Below are positions 51,628 to 61,174 of a DNA stretch of 64,000 nucleotides, in pieces. A model generated the notes under the pieces. That model was not told the DNA's origin. It made no database searches and worked only from the letters and a program-made list of their open reading frames with translations. Source of the stretch: an uncultured Chloroflexia bacterium (GTDB lineage Bacteria; Chloroflexota; Chloroflexia; Thermomicrobiales; UBA6265); assembly GCA_963724295.1 (NCBI GenBank), contig CAVRUC010000013.1, positions 288,001 to 352,000 of the forward strand, in the 5' to 3' direction. Each line of letters starts with the position of its first letter. The stretch's first letter is position 1. The position numbers and the translations under genes are program-made.

Positions 51628-51758
51628 TTGCCTCCGTCTTGGGAGAGGTCGGTGCTGCGGGTCCCTCACACGTACCACAGGCTACCGAGTTGTCGGCCCA
51701 CCGTCGAGGTGTGGCCGTTCGTTGCCCCGGACCGGAGCGACGCCCCGAGTCCAGCAGC

Positions 51759-52904
51759 ATGAACCTCACCAGGTTCTTCGCGATGCTGGCGCTGGTGCAA
51801 ACCCTGGCAGGCTTGAAGGTGATTCTGCGATTGGTGCGGTCAGCGCGCGGCGAGCGAATCGAGGCCAGAGTTGTGCCGCTGCCGGAGGAGCGCGTCACGG
51901 TCCTGGTTCCGGTCTTGAACGAGCGCAGCAGGCTGAGCCCATGCCTGGCCGGATTGATCGCCCAGCCCAGCGAAGTCTCCAAGATTCTCGTCGTCGATGG
52001 CGGATCGAGCGATGGCACTCAGGATCTCGTGGCAACATTCGCCGCCCGCGACAGTCGAGTGCGCATGGTGGACGCCAGCCCGATACCGACAGGCTGGAAT
52101 GGGAAAGCCCATGGACTTCAGGTTGGTCTCGATCACGCTGATCCGTGCTCTGCATGGATTCTCACCGTCGATGCCGACGTTCGTCCCGCGCCGGATCTTG
52201 TTCGATCACTGCTGTCGCATGCTGTCCGATCGGATGTGGCGGCAGTCAGTATCGCGACCACCCAGAGGCTTTCGGGAGTGGCTGAGGGTATCGTTCATCC
52301 CGCGTTGCTCACGACGCTGGTCTACCGGTTCGGTATCCCCGGGCACACGACGCGTCGAGTCGCAGCAGTGCAAGCCAACGGGCAATGCGCGCTCTATCGG
52401 CGCGAGCCGCTCGAGCGCAGCGGCGGGTTCACCACCGCCCGGGCATCTGTCTGCGAGGATGTGACCGTCGCCCGGGCGCTTGCGACCAACGGCTATGCAG
52501 TGGGCTTCCATGAGGCAGACGGTCTCGCCTCCGTGGACATGTACGAAAGCTGGAGCGACGCCTGGAAGAACTGGACTCGGTCCTTGCCGCTGCGTGATCG
52601 GTACGCTGGTCGCGCGGGCTGGCTGGGATTGACCGAAGTCGTGCTCGCTCAGGCGCTGCCACTCCCGATACTGCTCATGCTGTGGCGATCTGTGCCACGG
52701 CCACGGTTTGCGCTGGCGATCAATGGCTTGCTGGTATTGGTCCGACTCGGCGTACTCGGCGGGACCGCTCGCGCGTATGCGTGGCGGCCCTGGACGTACT
52801 GGCTGTCGCCGCTGGCTGATCTGCCGGTGGCCGTTCAGCTCTGGCGCAACGCACTACAACGGACACACGTCTGGCGAGGGCGAATACTGGTCCGTGGAGG
52901 CTAG
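51759..52904 (+). CDS. Family 2 glycosyltransferase (carotenoid glycosyltransferase, CruG-like)
   Basis: VPVLNE, WNGK, VDAD, ANGQ, EDV and WRGR motifs; lies in the crt cluster. Confidence 0.85.
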   Translation: MNLTRFFAMLALVQTLAGLKVILRLVRSARGERIEARVVPLPEERVTVLVPVLNERSRLSPCLAGLIAQPSEVSKILVVDGGSSDGTQDLVATFAARDSRVRMVDASPIPTGWNGKAHGLQVGLDHADPCSAWILTVDADVRPAPDLVRSLLSHAVRSDVAAVSIATTQRLSGVAEGIVHPALLTTLVYRFGIPGHTTRRVAAVQANGQCALYRREPLERSGGFTTARASVCEDVTVARALATNGYAVGFHEADGLASVDMYESWSDAWKNWTRSLPLRDRYAGRAGWLGLTEVVLAQALPLPILLMLWRSVPRPRFALAINGLLVLVRLGVLGGTARAYAWRPWTYWLSPLADLPVAVQLWRNALQRTHVWRGRILVRGG

Positions 52905-52916
52905 AGGGAATTCAGA

Positions 52917-53789
52917 ATGAAACTCGCGTCGTTGCTTCTCGCCGGCCACCTCGCCGCGTTGGTGTTCGGGCTCGCCGGGCTCCTGATCGCGCTGCCGAAT
53001 CCCCAGTGGTGGTCGGGGGATAAAAATGCCGTTCGGGTCTTCGAGTTCGGGATGCAGTACGCGGGCGCGGCGCACATCGTTCTCGGCGCGGCAGCGGTCT
53101 TCATTTACGGGTGGGCGATCCTCGGCGCGCGTCGCACCATCATCTTTTTCCTCGTCTCGACGGTCCTCTCGCTCAGCTCCGAACTGATCGGCACCGGTAC
53201 CGGCTGGCCCTTCGGCAATTACGAGTACACCGCGTTTCTTGGCTACAAGCTTCTCGACCGGGTGCCGTTTTCGATCCCACTTTCCTGGTTCTCGATGGGG
53301 CTCGTCTCCTACCTGTTGGGAAGTCTCCTCGCGGCCAGACTTGGCGGGCAGCGGACGCTCTGGTCACTGGTACTTGGCGTCTGGCTGCTGACCGCCTGGG
53401 ATCTCGTGCTCGATCCCGCGATGGCGGATCCTGGCATGCGCGTGCAGTTTTGGACCTGGCACGAAACCGGTGCCTACTTCGGAATGCCGGTCCAGAACCT
53501 GGTGGGGTGGTCGCTGACGGGGCTGCTCTACATGGGATTGAGCCGGCTCCTCTGGGGCGGTGACCTCGACGTCGGACGCATCATGGGGACTGCGTGGTTT
53601 CCATTCACCGTGTACGTGGCAAATGTCATCTTCGCCATGGCATTGAGTCTGGGCGCTGGCCTCTGGCCGCCGGTCCTGCTCGCGGCGCTCGCGGGTTTGC
53701 TGCCAGCAGCCCTGGCTCTACGCGCGCACTGGCCACCCCTCCTGCCGTCGCTCGGGGAACGGATGTGGCGCACCACGCCGAGCCGCTAA
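52917..53789 (+). CDS. cruF: Carotenoid 1,2-hydratase (CruF / DUF422 family)
   Basis: SELIGTGTGWPFGNYEY, VPFSIPLSWF, WDLVLDP and GMPVQNLVGW motifs. Confidence 0.85.
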   Translation: MKLASLLLAGHLAALVFGLAGLLIALPNPQWWSGDKNAVRVFEFGMQYAGAAHIVLGAAAVFIYGWAILGARRTIIFFLVSTVLSLSSELIGTGTGWPFGNYEYTAFLGYKLLDRVPFSIPLSWFSMGLVSYLLGSLLAARLGGQRTLWSLVLGVWLLTAWDLVLDPAMADPGMRVQFWTWHETGAYFGMPVQNLVGWSLTGLLYMGLSRLLWGGDLDVGRIMGTAWFPFTVYVANVIFAMALSLGAGLWPPVLLAALAGLLPAALALRAHWPPLLPSLGERMWRTTPSR

Positions 53790-54517
53790 CGACCCGGATC
53801 GCAGATCGCGTCATTCGCGGGGCGTGCCGCCTCGCCTCGCGGCGGATCGACTTGCGCGTCGAGGGTCTGGAGCATCTGCCGGCGACCGGACCGGCCATCA
53901 TCGCCGCGCGACACTTTCATCACTTCTACGACGGATGCGCCCTGGTGACGGTCGTACCCCGGCCACTGAAGATCCTCGTCACCCTCGACTGGATGAAAAG
54001 CGCGGCAGGGCTTCGGTTGATGCGAGGAGCCTGTCAGATCGCCAACTGGCCGGTCGTTGTCCGGTCAGACTCTCAGGAGCGGCATAGCGGAGCGACCGCG
54101 GCCAGGAGACAGTTGCTACCAGCCACGCGCGCGTGTGTGGACCTGCTACGCGCGGGGCAGGTCGTGCTGGTCTTTCCTGAGGGCTATCCGAATATCGACC
54201 CCAGCTTCACACCAAAGACAAGCGACGACGCATTCCTCCCATTTCATCCGGGGTTCGTTCGCTTTGCGGCGCTGGCCGAGCGGGATGGCATCACCCGCGT
54301 GCCGATAGTCCCGGTCGGGCTCGCGTATCAGCGTAGTGATCGCTGGCGGGTGACGGTTCGATTTGGCCGGCCGGTGACGCGCTTACCTGACCTGAACTTC
54401 CGAGACCAGGTCTCCGATATCGAGGAGCAGGTGCGGCATCTATCCGGCCTGGAGCGTGCGGTCGGCAGCGAAGAGAGAGCCAGGATCGAGACCCCCATCG
54501 AGCTGGTCCTCAAGTGA
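53765..54517 (+). CDS. Acyltransferase (LPLAT-like), probable carotenoid-glycoside acyltransferase
   Basis: VEGLEHLP, RHFHHFYDG, VFPEG and VPIVPVGL motifs; overlaps cruF. Confidence 0.8.
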   Translation: MAHHAEPLTTRIADRVIRGACRLASRRIDLRVEGLEHLPATGPAIIAARHFHHFYDGCALVTVVPRPLKILVTLDWMKSAAGLRLMRGACQIANWPVVVRSDSQERHSGATAARRQLLPATRACVDLLRAGQVVLVFPEGYPNIDPSFTPKTSDDAFLPFHPGFVRFAALAERDGITRVPIVPVGLAYQRSDRWRVTVRFGRPVTRLPDLNFRDQVSDIEEQVRHLSGLERAVGSEERARIETPIELVLK

Positions 54518-54572
54518 CCGGGCCTCAGCCAGGACGAGAGCGCACCGGTCAACTCCGCTGAAAAGAGGTTCC

Positions 54573-54926
54573 ATGCGGATCTGGGACGTGCCGCCGTCGC
54601 TCTTGTGCCGGCAACACCTGCTCGGGGAGCATCGTGAGCTCCACGGGCTCTGGCGCATCCTCACCGAGAATCGCCGGGGCTACGCTCATCATCCGGAAAC
54701 AGACCGCTGGCGGGGCAAGCTCGCGGCGCTCTATCTGCGACACGAGGCGCTATTGGAGGAGATGGCTCGTCGGGGCTTCCGGCACACCAGCCCGCTGGAC
54801 CGGCGACAGGCGACCGGCTCCAGGACCCAAAACGACTTCGTCGATCCTCTGGAAGCGCAGTTTGCGATTCTGCGCGGCAAGGGCTGTGGGTGCGCCGTAC
54901 CCAACGACCGGAACAGCTTCAGATGA
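54573..54926 (+). CDS. Pyrimidine-dimer DNA glycosylase / endonuclease V-like protein
   Basis: MRIWD...LCRQHLLGEHRELH, HPET and EMARRG motifs. Confidence 0.75.
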   Translation: MRIWDVPPSLLCRQHLLGEHRELHGLWRILTENRRGYAHHPETDRWRGKLAALYLRHEALLEEMARRGFRHTSPLDRRQATGSRTQNDFVDPLEAQFAILRGKGCGCAVPNDRNSFR

Positions 54927-55009
54927 AAGCATATGCGGTGGAGCCGGCATCACAAATGACGTGATGCCGGCTCCATGGTGATGGCCGAGAACCGCGCTCG
55001 GCAGGGGCT

Positions 55010-55525
55010 CTACGAGACGATGAACGGCCCGGCAGCGGCGAGGACTTCATCCGGGGTGAGGGTCGGATTGACCGCCTCGGGGAAGGGGGACTCACCTTGC
55101 AGTCCATTGAGGTAGGCGGCGTGCCGGGCCTCAACGCCATGGATGGTCAGGGCCGCCGTCAGCAGCTCGTCCTCCTCGATGAGGTACTGGGCCGCTCCCT
55201 GGTAGGCACTGACTCCCGTATTCTCCAGCACCTGCGCGACCCCGATGAACCCGGCCAGATCGGTATAGCCGAAGTCGTACTCGGCTTCCGCCACTGGCTC
55301 ACCACCCAGGTCGGTGATCACCTGGGTGATGGTCTCGACGTGGGCCAGCTCGTGGTCGCGGATCAACCCGAAATAGTCGTAGACATTGGTCGAGTAACCA
55401 GCGGCCATGAAGTCCTCGGCGGCAAACTCCTGGAGCCCGTCCCGGTAGAACGCGTGCTCCAGGTGCTCCAGTGTGAGCGCGTAATTGAGGACGTCAACTG
55501 GTGTATTCAGCATCAATTCTTGCAT
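55010..55525 (-). CDS. Ferritin-like domain protein
   Basis: LNYALTLEHLE, HELAH, LENTGVSAY and EARHA motifs. Confidence 0.88.
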   Translation of the reverse strand: MQELMLNTPVDVLNYALTLEHLEHAFYRDGLQEFAAEDFMAAGYSTNVYDYFGLIRDHELAHVETITQVITDLGGEPVAEAEYDFGYTDLAGFIGVAQVLENTGVSAYQGAAQYLIEEDELLTAALTIHGVEARHAAYLNGLQGESPFPEAVNPTLTPDEVLAAAGPFIVS

Positions 55526-55612
55526 CGTGGTCCTGCTCCGTATCGCTTGGCGCGGCCCGTAGGGCCAGAAGCGCCTCGTGTTCTGATGTGCCGATCTTCT
55601 GCGAGCCGCGGG

Positions 55613-56281
55613 CTATGAGACGAGGAACGGGCCCGCGATCTCCAGGACTTCGTCCATCGTCAGTGGCGTCTCGAAGGCGGCCGGGAAGGGCAGTTCACCG
55701 TTGAGCAGGTTGAGGTAGGAGGCGTGCCGGGCCTCGACGGCCACGATCGACCCGGCGGCGGTTAGCAGCTCAGGATCCGTGATGAACTGGCCGGCGCCGT
55801 CATAGGCGCTGACACCCGTGTTCTCCAGGGCGGCCGCCGTGGCCAGGAACGCCATCGGATCGGTGTAGGCGTCCCCGAAGTCGTAGGTCGCTTCGGCCAC
55901 CGGCTCTCCGCCCAGGTCGGTGATGACCGAGGTCAGCGTCTCGACGTGGGCGCCTTCGTGGTCCCGGATCGCCGCGAGGTTGGTATCGATGGACTGCCCA
56001 CGACTGTCGTTGCCGAAGGTGAACAGGCCGATGCCATCGCGGTAGAAGGCGTACTCGAGATGCTCCAGCGTCAAAGCGTAGTTGAGGACGTCGATGTCGC
56101 TGGTCAGTTCCTGCGCCGCAGCCATGCCTCGCATGCTGAACGCACCGGACATCGTCGGCAGGGACATGGCGATGGCCGCACCCCCGGCCACCTTCAATGA
56201 GTTGGTAAGCATGCCGCGGCGAGAAAGCCGCCGTCGCTCATCCGCAATCTCGACGAGCAGTCGTTCGTGCAACAGTTTCAC
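55613..56281 (-). CDS. Tat-exported ferritin-like domain protein
   Basis: SRRGML leader; same ferritin-like motifs as the downstream paralog. Confidence 0.88.
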   Translation of the reverse strand: MKLLHERLLVEIADERRRLSRRGMLTNSLKVAGGAAIAMSLPTMSGAFSMRGMAAAQELTSDIDVLNYALTLEHLEYAFYRDGIGLFTFGNDSRGQSIDTNLAAIRDHEGAHVETLTSVITDLGGEPVAEATYDFGDAYTDPMAFLATAAALENTGVSAYDGAGQFITDPELLTAAGSIVAVEARHASYLNLLNGELPFPAAFETPLTMDEVLEIAGPFLVS

Positions 56282-56363
56282 GGGTTGCCCCTTTCGATAG
56301 TGAATCGTCCTGCGCTGCCATATCACAGCGAACGAACTCCGACGGCCGGTACCAACCAGCGGA

Positions 56364-56400
56364 TGTATATAAACCTATACTGCAAGTATAGTTTTGTCAA
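56364..56400 (-). promoter_or_regulatory. Promoter with candidate CarH/LitR operator repeats
   Basis: Minus strand TTGACA-17-TAGGTT; hexamers TTGACA/TATACT/TATAGG/TATACA at 10-11-10 spacing. Confidence 0.6.
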
Positions 56401-56696
56401 GGGGGCAACGAGGGGAACCATCATTGTCAGCTCAAACGAGTTGGCAGGGTTCCAGTGATCGCGATCGCTGCTGCAGGGGTGATACGAGAACGTGAAACGC
56501 TCCGGATCCGCCGGGTTGGCAGTCACAACGTGCAGTACGAGACCCAGCCCACATCTGGATCACTCGGACGGGTCCGTTGGGTCCGGGTGGTTGACCACCT
56601 GGTGCCTCCCTCCGGCACACGCCCCGAATGTCACACCGCCTCAGGACGTTGGCGGACGCTCGAGGATGCTCAATGGGCATTACAAGGAGGATCACG

Positions 56697-56930
56697 ATGA
56701 AGCGCACGATTCGGGAATTGCGCGAGGGCCGGGGTGAGTCACGCGCAGATCTTGCCGATGTCCTTGGCGTTACATCCGAGGAGATCGTGAACTGGGAGAC
56801 GGGCAAGGCCGAGCCCACGATCTCGCGGTTGCGGGCGCTGACCGAGCACTTCGGAGTCCGGGACGATCACATCAACCTTCGGCCGGGAGACCCGCCGTCG
56901 CTCGGCGATCGCCTCGCCGAGCTCCTCTGA
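56697..56930 (+). CDS. Small XRE-family HTH protein
   Basis: AAGGAGG RBS; IRELREGRG..LADVLGVT..IVNWETG..P. Confidence 0.85.
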   Translation: MKRTIRELREGRGESRADLADVLGVTSEEIVNWETGKAEPTISRLRALTEHFGVRDDHINLRPGDPPSLGDRLAELL

Positions 56931-57134
56931 GGAGTCCGCGCCGGTGGCAGGGGAGGGCTCGTATCATGGCTTGCTTGTTGTGATGCAGACGACTGCCTCA
57001 ATGGAATGTCTCAACTACTTGGTCGCGGTCTGAACTCCCTCGCTCATGGCATAGCTAGTGCGTAGGCATCGTCGATGAGTTCGGTATCTCCGGACTCTCT
57101 TTTCGTTTTGCAAACAGACTGTTAGGAGCCACTG

Positions 57135-58022
57135 ATGACCTCCAGCCCGACGATGGAGAATCCGCGAGAAGCCGGGGACAAGCCGCCATTCCCCCAGGAG
57201 AGTCTTGAGTACCCGGGCCTCGAGTCGGAGATGACCCCTCGACCCGACTACGGCGAGGAGTCGTACCAGGGCCACGGCCGCTTGCAAGGAAAGGTCGCCC
57301 TCATCACCGGTGGGGACAGCGGCATCGGCCGCGCGGTGGCGCTGGCGTTCGCCCGCGAGGGCGCGGACGTCCTGATCTCCTACCTGAACGAGGACTCCGA
57401 TGCGGGGGAGACGGCGCGGGTCGTGCGCGAGGCGGGCCGGAACGCCGTGGTTGCCCCTGGTGATATCTCGGAGGAAGCGCACTGTCGTTCGCTGGTCGAG
57501 CGGGCGGTTGCGGAGCTGGGTAAGCTCGACATCCTGGTGAACAACGCCGCGTTTCAGATGACCCGGGAAGGCATCGAGCAGATCCCGGATGGCGAGTGGG
57601 AGCACACCTTCAAGACCAACATCTTCGCGATGTACTACCTGTGCAAAGCCGCCTGGCCGCATCTGCAACCGGGCAGCACGATCATCAACACCGCTTCCAT
57701 CCAGGCCTACCAGCCGTCGCCGACGCTCCTTCCCTACGCGAGCACCAAGGGGGCGATCGTCACCTTCTCCAAGGCGCTGGCCCAGGAGGGAGCCGAGAAG
57801 GGGATCCGCGTCAACGTCGTCGCCCCCGGTCCCATCTGGACCCCTCTCATTCCCGCCACCATGCCGGAGGAGAAGGCTCAGCAGTTCGGACAAGATACGC
57901 CGCTGGGTCGCCCGGGTCAGCCCGCGGAGCTGGCGCCGCTCTTCGTCTTCCTGGCCTCGGACGAGTCCAGCTACATCACCGGCGAGGTCGTCGGCGTCAC
58001 CGGCGGCAAGCCGTTGGCGTAG
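57135..58022 (+). CDS. SDR oxidoreductase (YhdF/YghA-like general stress protein)
   Basis: TGGDSGIG, NNAA, YASTK and APGPIWTP motifs. Confidence 0.95.
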   Translation: MTSSPTMENPREAGDKPPFPQESLEYPGLESEMTPRPDYGEESYQGHGRLQGKVALITGGDSGIGRAVALAFAREGADVLISYLNEDSDAGETARVVREAGRNAVVAPGDISEEAHCRSLVERAVAELGKLDILVNNAAFQMTREGIEQIPDGEWEHTFKTNIFAMYYLCKAAWPHLQPGSTIINTASIQAYQPSPTLLPYASTKGAIVTFSKALAQEGAEKGIRVNVVAPGPIWTPLIPATMPEEKAQQFGQDTPLGRPGQPAELAPLFVFLASDESSYITGEVVGVTGGKPLA

Positions 58023-58034
58023 GTCCGGCGTCGC

Positions 58035-60581
58035 TCACAGTCGATGATGCTGTCCCGCGGGCGTGGGTATCGCGGCACGGGACATGACTACTGAGGCGGC
58101 GGCTCCTGTCCTCGAGTCGAGGTGATCCAATATCTCGTAGCAGAGCGTGAGCGCTTCTTCGGGGGTAAGCCGTCGTCCTTCCTCGTGGAGCGTGTCGACG
58201 GCTGCCGCACCAAGACGCGCGCGCCCAGCCGCAAGCACCCGGTCATGTTCTTTCCGGGTTGACGGCGGGACTGGACAGGAAAGGGTTTCACGCTCGGCCC
58301 AGGCTGCGCCGAGAAGTCGGACGCCAGCGTGATCTTCACCCGATCGGATGGCCGCGATCGCCGATGCTTCCAGGCACTCGATGGCGCCCCGCTTGTCGCC
58401 CATCTCCGTACGAGTGCGCAGGGCGCGCTGGAGCAATTGCGCCGCACCCGCGGTATCGCCTCGCTGGGAGGCAATCTCGCCGAGGCTGCACTCGGTGTAG
58501 GCAATACCTATCTTCTCTCCCAGGTCCTCAAAGCGATGCAAGCTGTCCGTCAGATAGCGGGCGGCCGCAGCTGTGTCTCCCCGCAGCCGTGCAATCTCTC
58601 CGAGGTTGTAGACCGAGTAAGCGCTACCCACCGCATCGTACACCAGTTCGCGCAGGCGGAGCGCTTCTTCCTGGTATTCCTGGGCGCTGTCGAAATCTCC
58701 CTGGGCAAGGAGCACGTCGCCTAGATTGGTGAGAGAGAGCGCCATGCCAAAGAAATCGTGGCGCAGCTGACGCCGTTCCAGGCTTTCTCTATGGAGTGCG
58801 AGCGCGCCATCGTAATCGCCAAGCCACACCGCAACGATGCCAAGGTTGTTCAGAGCGTCAGCAATCCCATCGCTGTCGGCGAGCTGGCGTCGTAGCGCTA
58901 GCGCCTCCTCGTAGTGCTGCCGCGCCTGCGTGTATTCAGCGCTGTCACCCAGCAAGTTGCCCAGCGCGTTATGGGCATCGGCGCGCACGTTCAATGGCGC
59001 CTCGGCAACGCCCGGAAGCCGGAGGGCGCGCTCGAGCCAGGACTGCCCCTCGATCAGGCGGCCCCGTGCCGTCCAATACCGCCACAAGGCCCTAGCCAAT
59101 CGCAGCGCTGACTCGGCCGAACCATGCTCCAGGCTCCAGAGCAACGCGGCCCGGATGTTGGCGTCCTCGACGTCGAGACGGGCTAACCACGTTGGCTGCT
59201 GGGCACCGACCAACCCCCGGTAGGCGTCCTCGGCCAGGGAGAGAAAGTAGTCAGTGTGGAGCTGTTCAATAGCCGAGCCCTGATCGTCTTCCTCTCCCAG
59301 GCGATCCGAAGCGAACTCGCGCAGCGTCTCGAGCATCGCGAAGCGACTCTCCTCATGCGGCTGCTCAACGACCTGGACCAGGCTCGCACGTGCGAGTGCT
59401 TCCAACCCTTCCAGCACGTTCAGGTCGTGCCCACTGCTTACCATCTCTGCCGCTTCCAGCGTCCAACCGCCGACGAAGACCGCCAGGCGACGAAAGAGCG
59501 CCTGTTCGTGCGGCGCGAGCAGGTCATAGCTCCAGGCAATCGCATCCCGCATCGTGCGCTGTCGCGGCGCCAGGTCCCGGCCGCCACCAGTCAGCAGGAG
59601 CAGTCGCTTCTCGAGACGGTCCAGTAGCTCATTGGGTGGCAGAACCTTGATCCATGCCGCGGCCAGTTCGATGGCCAGGGGCAGGCCGTCGAGACGGCGA
59701 CAAATCGCGGCGACAGCGGGAGCGTTATCTATGGTGAGCGCAAACTCCGGGTGATTCGCGGTTGCGCGCTCGATGAATAGCGCGACCGCGGGGGCACGCG
59801 CTGTCTCGTCGAGACCCGTTTGTGGGCCGCTCGGCGGAAGCGGCAAGGGGGACAACGGAAACACGCGTTCACCCCGGACGCGCAGGATCTCCCGGCTCGT
59901 GGCGAGCACCGAGAGGTGCGAACAGACCGCTAGCAGCGCGGCGATGTCCGGAGCGGCATCGAGGACCTGTTCGACGTTGTCGGTGATGAGCAGCAGATGT
60001 TTCAGCGCCAGGAACTGGGACAGCGTGTCCAGCGGTCGTTCCCCGGGGCGCTCGCGCACGCCGACTGCGCTGGCAATCGTGGAAGGAACCAGAGCCGCAT
60101 CGGTCAGTGGCGCCAGATCGACGAAGACGACGCCATCGCCGAATTCGCCCTGCAGCCGTGCGCCGACTTCGACGGCCAGGCGGGTCTTACCCGAGCCCCC
60201 GACGCCAGTCAGGGTCACCAGCCGCGCGTCGGCGTTCCTGACAAGCGCTGACAGGTCGGTGAGCTCCTGCTCCCGTCCGAGGAGCGCGGTGAGGGGTAGC
60301 GGGAGCGGCGCATAGTCACCGGGAGTGCCGTTCTGCGTCTCCGGAAGCCGTACCGGGCGGGCAGCAGCGAGGAGCAACCGCCGCTCAGCGGGGTTGAGGG
60401 CCAGAGCATCCGCCAGGAGACGCACCGTGGTGAGATGCGGCGCCCGTCGCACGCCACGCTCCAGGTCGCTGACTCCGCGCGGACTCAGCCCAGCGCGCTC
60501 GGCCAGCGCTTCCTGCGAGAGCGCGGCCGATGTCCGTAGCTGCCGAAGGACCGCGCTGAAAGCGGCAGCGTCACCGCTCAT
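58035..60581 (-). CDS. XRE-HTH + NB-ARC/STAND ATPase + TPR regulator
   Basis: SQEALAERAGLS HTH, TGVGGSGKTRLA, LDGLPLAIELAA, WSYDLL and ALNNLG TPR repeats. Confidence 0.92.
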   Translation of the reverse strand: MSGDAAAFSAVLRQLRTSAALSQEALAERAGLSPRGVSDLERGVRRAPHLTTVRLLADALALNPAERRLLLAAARPVRLPETQNGTPGDYAPLPLPLTALLGREQELTDLSALVRNADARLVTLTGVGGSGKTRLAVEVGARLQGEFGDGVVFVDLAPLTDAALVPSTIASAVGVRERPGERPLDTLSQFLALKHLLLITDNVEQVLDAAPDIAALLAVCSHLSVLATSREILRVRGERVFPLSPLPLPPSGPQTGLDETARAPAVALFIERATANHPEFALTIDNAPAVAAICRRLDGLPLAIELAAAWIKVLPPNELLDRLEKRLLLLTGGGRDLAPRQRTMRDAIAWSYDLLAPHEQALFRRLAVFVGGWTLEAAEMVSSGHDLNVLEGLEALARASLVQVVEQPHEESRFAMLETLREFASDRLGEEDDQGSAIEQLHTDYFLSLAEDAYRGLVGAQQPTWLARLDVEDANIRAALLWSLEHGSAESALRLARALWRYWTARGRLIEGQSWLERALRLPGVAEAPLNVRADAHNALGNLLGDSAEYTQARQHYEEALALRRQLADSDGIADALNNLGIVAVWLGDYDGALALHRESLERRQLRHDFFGMALSLTNLGDVLLAQGDFDSAQEYQEEALRLRELVYDAVGSAYSVYNLGEIARLRGDTAAAARYLTDSLHRFEDLGEKIGIAYTECSLGEIASQRGDTAGAAQLLQRALRTRTEMGDKRGAIECLEASAIAAIRSGEDHAGVRLLGAAWAERETLSCPVPPSTRKEHDRVLAAGRARLGAAAVDTLHEEGRRLTPEEALTLCYEILDHLDSRTGAAASVVMSRAAIPTPAGQHHRL

Positions 60582-60679
60582 GAGACGTCGCTCCTGACCA
60601 TGCACGTCGGTCGAGCCCGAGCCCGCCGGAGGTCAATCGAGAGTTTATCCGAACTTAAAAGACAGGGGCAATCTGGGCT

Positions 60680-60836
60680 GACCTGGCCGTCCCTTTGTGG
60701 CCTGCTGCTCTCCCTCGGCTTGAGCTGCTCGGCCCCGGCGTTCGCTCTGTGGGCCCACGGACTGCGGCACCTGACGGCCCAGAACGCGATCATCGCCGCC
60801 CTGCAGCTGCCGGTCGGTTTAGGGACCGCGGCGCTA
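60680..60836 (+). pseudogene. Possible fragment of an EamA/DMT transporter
   Basis: WPSLCGLLLSLGLSCSAPAFALWAHGLRHL resembles an EamA C-terminal helix; no complete gene present. Confidence 0.35.
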
Positions 60837-60898
60837 ACGAGTCCGGCTACATCACCGGCAAGGTCGCGGGAGTCACTGGCGGCAAGCCGTTGGCCTAG
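60837..60898 (+). repeat. Degenerate direct repeat of the SDR 3' end (57961-58022)
   Basis: 55/62 nt identical, ungapped, ends at the same TAG. Confidence 0.9.
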
Positions 60899-61174
60899 AA
60901 GGGCTGTTAGAGGCCGAAGTTTCCACCGCCAACCTGATCGCGGATGAACGGTGTTGCTGTTACTTGCGGTGATACGAGACCTATCCAGGCCACGTTTATG
61001 TCCGCCGACCGGTCAGGCCCGGTCGGGTGCAGTTACAATCATGTCGAAGCACCTATCCCACTCAGATGACGACCAGTGGGGCTTTTTACTGAGCCTCGGA
61101 TAACACTGGGCTTGAGCATGGGAGATCGGTAGGCTCCACCATCTCGGGACCAAGTAATCGAAACGGATCAATCG

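Noticed and set aside
50050..51762. 570-aa plus-strand ORF between crtB and the glycosyltransferase
   Set aside because: Antisense shadow of crtI, which has all the family motifs on the minus strand
56455..56930. Small ORF plus XRE HTH as a toxin-antitoxin pair
   Set aside because: The ATGA overlap is suggestive, but the upstream 81-aa ORF has no recognisable toxin motif or clear RBS
58035..60581. STAND-TPR protein as an Avs-type anti-phage sensor
   Set aside because: The N-terminus is an XRE HTH with no nuclease or other effector; it fits the common transcriptional regulator class and has host-like composition
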